From NCBI GenBank assembly GCA_965242695.1, contig CBDESU010000001.1, forward strand, positions 160,001 to 224,000: a DNA stretch of 64,000 bases, in the 5' to 3' direction. Source of the DNA: Cenarchaeum sp. GTDB lineage: Archaea > Thermoproteota > Nitrososphaeria > Nitrososphaerales > Nitrosopumilaceae. This document shows, one piece after another, positions 57,340-64,000 of the stretch (position 1 is its first letter; the number at the start of each line of letters is the position of its first letter). Under the pieces are notes generated by a model, which was given only the letters and a program-made list of their open reading frames with translations, searched no databases and was not told the origin of the DNA. Position numbers and translations under genes: made by a program.

Positions 57340-58731
57340 TTGGCGCAAGAGGCAGAGCAGGAGCACAGGCCGGCGCCTCGGGGCGGGGCCGCGGGTGCCG
57401 CCCTGCAGGAGCCGGAGCAGGATGTCGAGGCCGCGCCCTGCCAGCTTGACGATGCACTGGTTGACGAGTACCTGTCCGTTCCCCTTGTGACGACCGTCTA
57501 CAGCATACTGTCCAGGATGGACCCGAGGCACGACATGTACGGCATACGAGCCGGCATCGAGCGCGGCGGGTACCGCAGGGCCCTCGAGATGCTCCTGGAC
57601 GGCCCGCCCCCGCGCAACGAGCTGGGAATGCGTGTTGCCGACAACCGCGCGCGCATGCTCGAGCGCCTCGGCAGGCACGAAGAGGCCGAGCTGCTGTACA
57701 GGGACCTGGCCGGCGAGCTGCCGGGCAATTCGGATGTCCACCTCGACATGGCAAGGGTGCTAGAGCACCTTGGCCACCGCAAAGAGTCGGCCGAGGCGCT
57801 GGAACGCGCGTGCCGCCTTGATCCCGACTGCCGCCGGGCGTTCGAGGCCGGCATGCGTCCCGACGCGCGCCAGCTTGATCCCGCCCTGGTTCCGCTGCGC
57901 CTGATCCTCCCGATGTCGGTAATCTCGGCCGCCGGCGCCGTGCGCTCAAGGGCCGAGCTTTCCGCCGCGTCGCTGCTAGTGCAGGCCGAGTGCGGGCTGG
58001 ACCTGTACCCTCCGTCGGCCGCCAGGCTGCCGGGCTGCGCGGGGCTCGGGGCCGACATGGAGGGGTTTTACCACCTCGTCGTCGAAGATGTCCTCACGTC
58101 GTACCACGCGCCCGACGAGCAGCCGTACTACTACGATCTTACGGACAGGGGGATCGGGATGATCGAGCGCCTCGGCGAACGGCTGGAAGCGGACGGCGGC
58201 GACGCGTCTGCCCGCATCGCCGCATCGGCGGAACGCGTGGCCCGCATGGGCCCCCATGCCGTGCTCGAAGAGGCCTGCCGCATCGCAGCATCGCCGCGCC
58301 GACGCGAGCGTTCCGACGATCTTGCGGCGCTGCGCTCGACGGCCGAGCGCATAAGGCGCGAGGTCGGGAACAGCATTAGATTCGGCGAGGCGCATGCGGT
58401 TACGCTGCGAACAAAGGCCAAGCGCGTACCGGACATGCTCTCGCAGGCGCGCGATGCCCCCGGCGGGCAGTGGGCCGTCACAGCCGCCCTGGGAGGAGAC
58501 ATACTGGGCATGTGCGCGTACGTCGCGTTCGACCAGAGGCCGCACCCGAGGACGGCCTCGCTTGGGCCCCCGTACCCCGACATCCAGGACCAGTACGCAC
58601 TGCTTGTCAGGTACTGCAGAGCCAAGGGCATAGCGGAGCCTAGGGTGGAAGTGCCGATCATCCGCAGTCTCACGCCCGAGGAGATCGAGGAGACGACCAG
58701 GGACATGCTAAAGGTGATTTCAGAGTCTTGA
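57340..58731 (+). CDS. TPR-repeat protein with a possible winged-helix/antitoxin-like C-terminal region
   Basis: TPR-like helices (NRARMLERLGRHEEA, DMARVLEHLGHRKESAEALERACRLDP) and a YYYDLTDRG wing-like motif. TTG 57340 is about 25 nt after ATAAA; start uncertain. Confidence 0.6.
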   Translation: MAQEAEQEHRPAPRGGAAGAALQEPEQDVEAAPCQLDDALVDEYLSVPLVTTVYSILSRMDPRHDMYGIRAGIERGGYRRALEMLLDGPPPRNELGMRVADNRARMLERLGRHEEAELLYRDLAGELPGNSDVHLDMARVLEHLGHRKESAEALERACRLDPDCRRAFEAGMRPDARQLDPALVPLRLILPMSVISAAGAVRSRAELSAASLLVQAECGLDLYPPSAARLPGCAGLGADMEGFYHLVVEDVLTSYHAPDEQPYYYDLTDRGIGMIERLGERLEADGGDASARIAASAERVARMGPHAVLEEACRIAASPRRRERSDDLAALRSTAERIRREVGNSIRFGEAHAVTLRTKAKRVPDMLSQARDAPGGQWAVTAALGGDILGMCAYVAFDQRPHPRTASLGPPYPDIQDQYALLVRYCRAKGIAEPRVEVPIIRSLTPEEIEETTRDMLKVISES

Positions 58732-59336
58732 TCGTACTGCTGGATACGAACGCCTGCATCGCATACTCTATGGACTTTTCAGTGCGTCCTAGGGGGAGCG
58801 GCCCGCCCGTCAGGGTGCGGGGGCGCAACAGGGATGCGATCGTCGGCATGGTCAACAGGGCGATAAAGTCGGGCGATCTTGCGATTGTCGACACGGTTGC
58901 TGTCGAAATGCACTATAATGCGAAGAGGGCATTCGAGTCGGCGGCCCGGCGGGCTGTGGCCGCCGCCGATATCGACGATGCAATTGTAGAAGACGCACTG
59001 GCAAAATTCGGCCGTCTCTACGCCCGCTTCCGCACTAGCGACATCAAGACGTACTTGGAAATGATCGATCGCATGTACGCCGACATATGGAGTGACCCGC
59101 GGATGGCCGATGCGGTGGCCCGGTGGCGGCGCGTCAAGGAAAGGCATGGGATGGGGAAGGGGCGCCCGTCGCTAGGGACGCACGGGGAGGACTTTGTGAT
59201 ACTCTCGACGGCGGCCGCCCTGGCCGCGCGGGGAATCCCTGTCAAGCTGCTAACGTTCGACCACGACATTGTGGCATTTGCCGCCGCGATCCGCGAGCGG
59301 TTCGGCGTCGACGTGGTCGACTGCAACCGCCTGTAG
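58728..59336 (+). CDS. PIN-domain ribonuclease
   Basis: VLLDTNA, AVEM, EDFVILSTA and LLTFDHD acidic quartet. 4-nt overlap (TTGA) with the upstream gene. Confidence 0.8.
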   Translation: MIVLLDTNACIAYSMDFSVRPRGSGPPVRVRGRNRDAIVGMVNRAIKSGDLAIVDTVAVEMHYNAKRAFESAARRAVAAADIDDAIVEDALAKFGRLYARFRTSDIKTYLEMIDRMYADIWSDPRMADAVARWRRVKERHGMGKGRPSLGTHGEDFVILSTAAALAARGIPVKLLTFDHDIVAFAAAIRERFGVDVVDCNRL

Positions 59337-59529
59337 AGCGATCGCGCCGCCGCCAGCGCAATGCGGCGCGCTGCTGCGTAGCCGGGCCGGCATCCGCCGG
59401 CGCATCCTGCGCAGCCTATCTTCCCTCCCAGGCGCACGGCGCGGCGGCGGTCGTCCCTCCACTCCGTCCGCGCCAGCGATCCGCAACAGATATAACGGGC
59501 CGCCCCGCGGACGCGCCGGCCGGTTTCCC

Positions 59530-61869
59530 TTGAAGGTCGCCATCGTGTACAACAAGGAAAAGATCGAGAGCGGGGACGTCATCAACGTGTTCGGGGCGGC
59601 CACGCGCGAGCACTACAGCCGCGAGACCGTCGAAAAGGTCGCCAGGGCCCTCGAGCGCGGCGGCCACACCGTAAAGGTCGTGGAGGGCGGCATGCGGTTC
59701 ATCGACGACCTGCGCGACTTCATGCCGCGCGTAGTGGCCGGCGAGCGGCCCGGCATGGTCTTCAACATGGCGTACGGCATACAGGGGCGCAACCGGTACA
59801 CGCACGTGCCCGCGATGCTAGAGATGCTCGGCATACCCTACGTCGGGTCGGGCCCCGAGGCGCACGCCGTCGTCCAGGACAAGGCCCTCACGAAGATGGT
59901 CCTCCAGAGGAACGGCATACCGACGCCAAAGTCGTGGGTGTTCTCGTCGGCCGGCGACGACTTTGCCGACCTAGAGTTCCCCGTCATCGTAAAGCCAAAG
60001 ATGGAGTCGACGTCGATGGGCATGGACGTCGTGCGCGGCGTGGACGCGCTGCGCCGGTCGGTCGCCGCCCAGATCGAGCGGTACTCGCAGGACATTCTCG
60101 TCGAGCAGTTCGTCGCCGGCCGCGAGTTCGCCGTCGGGATCGTCGGCAACGGCCCTCACACGGAGGTGCTGCCCATAGTCGAGCTCGACCTGGGAGGGGA
60201 CCCGAACCGCATCCAGACCGCATCCGACAAGCTCGAGAATCCTGTCCGCAAGGTGTGCCCCGCGCCGCTCGCCGAGGCCGAGGCGGCCCGCATGCGCTCG
60301 ATGTGCGCCGACGCGTACGCCCGCCTCGGGCTCAACGACTTTACGAGGGTCGACCTGCGGATGGACGAGTCGGGGCGCATGTACGTGCTAGAGCTCAACT
60401 CGCTCGCAAGCCTCGGCACCACGGGGTCGCTGTACAGGGCCGCGCAGGCGGCCGGATACGACTACGACTCGCTCGTAAACCGCATACTCGACGCGGCGGC
60501 CCTGCGCTACTTTGGCGAGTCGCGCCTGCACCGGCCGGAGGCGGCCGGCGGCGGGGCGCGGGGCCGCGCGGGCGGCGGCCCGGGGGCCGGCCAGGCGCAC
60601 CCCCCGCTCCACGCGTCGCTGCGCAGCTATTTGCGCACGCACTATCCGACGAACGAAAAGATGCTAGAGCACCTGGTCGACATAAACTCGAGCGCGGCCA
60701 ACGTCGACGACGTCAACCGCGTCGGCGCGGCCGTCTCGCGCCGCCTCGAGCACGCGGGGTTCGCCGCGCAGGTGTACCGCGAGTTCGACGTCGGCGACGC
60801 CGTGTACCTGTCGAACCACGACGGCTCGGCCGACAGCGACGTCCTGATACTCGGCCACCTGGACACGCCGTACTCGAACCGCGACTTTTCGCCTTTCCGC
60901 AGGGCCGGCAACCGGCTGTACGGGTCGGGCGCGGCCGAGAGCAAGGGCGGGCTGGTCGTGGCCGTCTCGGCCCTGCAGGCCCTCCGGTTCGTGCGCCGCC
61001 TGCGCGGAGCGCGCGTCGGCGTGCTGCTCGTCGGCGACGACAGCCTGGGCGGCCGGTTCAGCCGCAAGATCGTCCGCGACACGGCCGCCGCCTCGCGCGC
61101 AGTCCTAGACGTAAAGTGGGGCATGGAGGGCGGCGGCGTGGCCGTGTCGTGCTCGGGCACGGCAAAGTACCACGTGGACATGACGCACGCGCGAACGCAC
61201 GGCCGCGACTACGCCGACATCGTGCCGGCCATGTGCCGGCGCGTGGCAGCCCTCGGCCGGATAGCGCCCGGCGGCGGCCCCGGCGGGCCGCACTCGGCCG
61301 CGCCGGACATACGCGCCGGCGGCGTGTCCGTCTCGGAGTTTCGCGCGACGTCCTCGTTCGGGCGCGAGCCCGACTACGGCGTGCTCTCGCTCACGTCGCG
61401 GTACGCGACCGAGGAGGAGGGCGCGGCCCTGGAGGCCGAGATGTGGCGGATAGCGCGCAAGCGGGACGGGGCGAGGCTCGACGTGCACATATCGCGGCAG
61501 GCCTCGCGCAGCCCGGTCGCCGCATCGGCCGCGACCGAATCCCTGCACTCTGTGGTCCGCGAGGAGGCCGCCTCGGCCGACATGCGCATCGACGGGAGGC
61601 ACCGCCGCGCCTCGTCGAGCCTGGGCGACGTCGGCCGCGACATGCCGATGGCCGGCTCGATGGGGCCCGTCGGGGTCGGCATGCGCACTCCCGACGAGCA
61701 TATCCTGGCCGACAGCCTCATCGACAGGGCCGTGCTGCTCGCGCTTGTGGTGCACCGTCTTGCCGCCGACAGGAGGCGCGGGGAGAAGGAGGCGGGGGGC
61801 GGAAGGGCGGGGGAGGGCGGCGACGGGGCGGCGGCCGCGGCGGCCGCAACGCCGACGGGGCCGCGGTGA
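59530..61869 (+). CDS. D-Ala-D-Ala-ligase-like ATP-grasp enzyme fused to an M20-family peptidase domain
   Basis: VFNMAYG, LEMLGIPYVGS, QDKALTK, FPVIVKP, VEQFVAGREF, RVDLR and LELNS, then ILGHLDT, LYGSGAAESKGG and TPDEHI. TTG start after GATATAA (~59489). Confidence 0.88.
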   Translation: MKVAIVYNKEKIESGDVINVFGAATREHYSRETVEKVARALERGGHTVKVVEGGMRFIDDLRDFMPRVVAGERPGMVFNMAYGIQGRNRYTHVPAMLEMLGIPYVGSGPEAHAVVQDKALTKMVLQRNGIPTPKSWVFSSAGDDFADLEFPVIVKPKMESTSMGMDVVRGVDALRRSVAAQIERYSQDILVEQFVAGREFAVGIVGNGPHTEVLPIVELDLGGDPNRIQTASDKLENPVRKVCPAPLAEAEAARMRSMCADAYARLGLNDFTRVDLRMDESGRMYVLELNSLASLGTTGSLYRAAQAAGYDYDSLVNRILDAAALRYFGESRLHRPEAAGGGARGRAGGGPGAGQAHPPLHASLRSYLRTHYPTNEKMLEHLVDINSSAANVDDVNRVGAAVSRRLEHAGFAAQVYREFDVGDAVYLSNHDGSADSDVLILGHLDTPYSNRDFSPFRRAGNRLYGSGAAESKGGLVVAVSALQALRFVRRLRGARVGVLLVGDDSLGGRFSRKIVRDTAAASRAVLDVKWGMEGGGVAVSCSGTAKYHVDMTHARTHGRDYADIVPAMCRRVAALGRIAPGGGPGGPHSAAPDIRAGGVSVSEFRATSSFGREPDYGVLSLTSRYATEEEGAALEAEMWRIARKRDGARLDVHISRQASRSPVAASAATESLHSVVREEAASADMRIDGRHRRASSSLGDVGRDMPMAGSMGPVGVGMRTPDEHILADSLIDRAVLLALVVHRLAADRRRGEKEAGGGRAGEGGDGAAAAAAATPTGPR

Positions 61870-61873
61870 TCCC

Positions 61874-63586
61874 TTGGACATTGGGCGGATAGAGGGCGCG
61901 TTCAGGCCCACCCGCGACGGCAAGTGCGCGGTCGCCAAGAGGGGCATGGTGTCGACTGCGTTTCCGGACGCGACGAGGGCGGGCGCGTCGATGCTGCGCA
62001 GGGGAGGCAACGCCGTCGATGCGGCCTGCGCGGCGGCCCTTGCGCTGTGCGTGTGCGAGCCGCAGGCCTCTGGCCTCGGCGGGCAGTCGCTTGCGATCCT
62101 GCACGCCGGCGGCCGCACGGTGGCGGTCGACGGGTCGAGCAGGGCCCCGTCGCTTGCGAGCGTGCGGGCGTTTGGCGGCACCCGGCGCGCCGGCGGGGCC
62201 GCCGGCCGCCTCGTCGGGTACGCGGCCTCGACGGTGCCGAGCACGGTAGCCGCGATCGGCCACATGGCCGAAAGGTACGGCCGCCTCGAATGGGCAAAGC
62301 TGGTCGCGCCCGCGGCCCGGCTGGCGCGGCGCGGGTACAGGATTACGCCGCTGCAGTCGCGCCTGCAGGCCGACAGCCTCGGCGGGTTCATGGCGGTGCG
62401 GACGCGGTCGGGGGCGCGCTACTTTCTGCGGGACGGCGAGGCGCCGCACCGGCCGGGCGACCTGTTCGTGCAGGACGACCTTGCGCTCACGCTCGAGGGA
62501 ATCGCGGACGGCGGGTACAGGTCCTTCTACCTGGGCGATGCGGCCGACCTGATCGGCGAGGATATGAGGCGCAACGGGGGGCTTGTCCGCGCCGAGGACA
62601 TGCGCATGGTTCCCGCGCCCGTCGAGCGCAGGCCCGTGTCGGGGGCGCACGGCCGCGGGCTGGAGATCAGGACGTTGCCGATGCCGGCGGCCGGCGAGGC
62701 CCTGCTGCTCGCCCTTGCGGTGATGCGGCGCCTGCGCCGGCCCCTGATGGACCCCGCCCCGCCGATGGGCCACGCCCTTGCGGCGGGTGCCGTGAGGGCC
62801 GCGCTGTCCCGCAGGGAGGAGGGGATGGCCCGCTGGGGGGACGGGCCGCAGCCGGCCGGCGGGGGAGGCGGGGACGGCGGCGCCGGCGGCCGCGGGCGGC
62901 TTGCGGGGCGAATCGCGCGAGAGATCAGGGAGGGAGCCGGCCGCGCCTCCCCGGAGGGGCGGGCGCCGGGCGCGGGGGGATCCGCCGCCGCGGGCGCCGC
63001 GGGATCGGGCGAGACGACCCACCTGTCGGCAATGGACGACGAGGGAAACGCAGTCGGGATCACGCAGTCCATAGAGCTCGTGTACGGGTCGAAGGCGGCG
63101 GCCTCGGGCCTCGGGTTCCTGTACAACAACTACATGTCCGCGTACGAGACGGCCGGCGCATCGCACCGCCACTACCTGCGCCCCAACATGCCGCCCCGGA
63201 CGTTTGCCGCCCCGTGCATACTGTTCCGCCGCGGGCGGCCGTGGATCGTGGCCGGCAGCCCGGGCAGCTCGCGCATAGTCTCGGCCGTAGGCCTGTTCGT
63301 GAGCCGCGTCGTCGACGGCGGGGCGGACATGGGAACGGCGGTGAGGATGCCGCGCCTGCACTGCTCGCCCGACGGCACCGTCAGCATCGAGGACGACGGG
63401 CGCGGGCCGGGCGGGGCATCGGCGGCCGCGGCCGGCCTCCTCGGGAGGATGGGGTATGCGGTCGACATGCGCGGGGAGCGGTCGTTCTACATGGGAGCGG
63501 TGCACGCCGTCCTGCGCCGGCAGTCGGGCGAGGGGTTCCAGGGGGTCGCCGAGGTGCGGCGCGACGGCACCGCACGGGGGGCCTAG
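61874..63586 (+). CDS. ggt: Gamma-glutamyltransferase (Ntn hydrolase) family protein
   Basis: GGNAVDAA, EPQASGLGG, STVP, FYLG, nucleophile ETTHLSAMDDEGNAV, GFLYNN, GSPGS and PRLH. Confidence 0.9.
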   Translation: MDIGRIEGAFRPTRDGKCAVAKRGMVSTAFPDATRAGASMLRRGGNAVDAACAAALALCVCEPQASGLGGQSLAILHAGGRTVAVDGSSRAPSLASVRAFGGTRRAGGAAGRLVGYAASTVPSTVAAIGHMAERYGRLEWAKLVAPAARLARRGYRITPLQSRLQADSLGGFMAVRTRSGARYFLRDGEAPHRPGDLFVQDDLALTLEGIADGGYRSFYLGDAADLIGEDMRRNGGLVRAEDMRMVPAPVERRPVSGAHGRGLEIRTLPMPAAGEALLLALAVMRRLRRPLMDPAPPMGHALAAGAVRAALSRREEGMARWGDGPQPAGGGGGDGGAGGRGRLAGRIAREIREGAGRASPEGRAPGAGGSAAAGAAGSGETTHLSAMDDEGNAVGITQSIELVYGSKAAASGLGFLYNNYMSAYETAGASHRHYLRPNMPPRTFAAPCILFRRGRPWIVAGSPGSSRIVSAVGLFVSRVVDGGADMGTAVRMPRLHCSPDGTVSIEDDGRGPGGASAAAAGLLGRMGYAVDMRGERSFYMGAVHAVLRRQSGEGFQGVAEVRRDGTARGA

Positions 63587-63589
63587 GGA

Positions 63590-64000
63590 GTGGATGCCCC
63601 TCCAGGCGCCGCGCCGCCGCCAGGTCCGGCCCGGCCGGGCGCCCCGCTGCCCGTCCTCGTCTCGATACCGCACGGCGGGACGCGCGAGCCGGACGAGCTG
63701 GCAGGCCGCGTCGCCGCCTCGCGGGCCGAAATACTCGACGACTCGGACCCCTTTACGGCCGAGATATACGGCCTGCGGCGCGGCATCGACGTAGAGGAGG
63801 TCGTCGCCGCCGACGTGGCCCGCGCGTTCGTCGACCCGAACCGGCCGCCCGGCGAGGCCGGCCCTGCCCACCCCGACGGCGCGGTAAAGTCCGAGACGTG
63901 CTTTGGGGCGGCGCTGTACGGGAGCGGGGCGGGGCCGGACGCCTGCCTGGCCGCCGAGATCATCGAAAGGCACCATACGGGGTACCATGCGGCGCTGCGC
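63590..64000 (+). CDS. N-formylglutamate amidohydrolase family protein, 3' partial
   Basis: My translation from GTG 63590: LPVLVSIPHGG..DSDPFTAEIY..ADVARAFVDPNR..DGAVKSET..RHHTGYHAALR. Runs off the window. Confidence 0.85.
   Translation, partial: MDAPPGAAPPPGPARPGAPLPVLVSIPHGGTREPDELAGRVAASRAEILDDSDPFTAEIYGLRRGIDVEEVVAADVARAFVDPNRPPGEAGPAHPDGAVKSETCFGAALYGSGAGPDACLAAEIIERHHTGYHAALR

Noticed and set aside
61718-63988. 756-aa minus-strand ORF, and similar long antisense ORFs (39935-41836, 23398-25011, 9443-10885, 13358-14803)
   Set aside because: They lie antisense to motif-supported genes and have no recognisable motifs; such frames are expected from GC-rich codon bias.

Overview
High-GC archaeal DNA, most consistent with a Nitrosopumilaceae/Cenarchaeum-like (probably host-associated) thaumarchaeon. 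Support: PEFG-CTERM and CFI-box-CTERM proteins, cofD/cofC, DUF2070, an archaeal-type RNase P RNA, and TATA boxes about 25 nt before leaderless starts. The taxonomy is inferred from gene content only. Core genes (DUF2070, rnpB, cofD-cofC, p27-like Zn finger, PEFG-CTERM protein, FTR1 permease, hydantoinase) are interleaved with two giant repeat surface proteins (six tandem solute-binding domains; six NHL-propeller/Ig-like modules) and many defence-type loci. These loci are: a tandem-duplicated Type IIG R-M gene, each copy behind a 48-codon leader ORF; an AAA+/winged-helix gene behind three palindromic repeats; a frameshifted nuclease-STAND gene; a HamB-like helicase with a C-terminal HIRAN domain behind a putative mini-HamA; a low-GC Type III R-M whose mod has a G13 tract in its 5' coding region plus an internal amber codon; an IS5-family element splitting a Clp-fold protease gene; and a TPR protein/PIN pair. 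The window ends in an operon of ATP-grasp::M20 fusion, gamma-glutamyltransferase and N-formylglutamate amidohydrolase. Best candidates for something new: an archaeal phase-variable Type III methyltransferase, the palindrome array plus AAA-wHTH module, the HIRAN-Hachiman variant, and the ATP-grasp/M20/GGT/FGase peptide pathway. All family calls come from motif recognition by eye; no searches were run.
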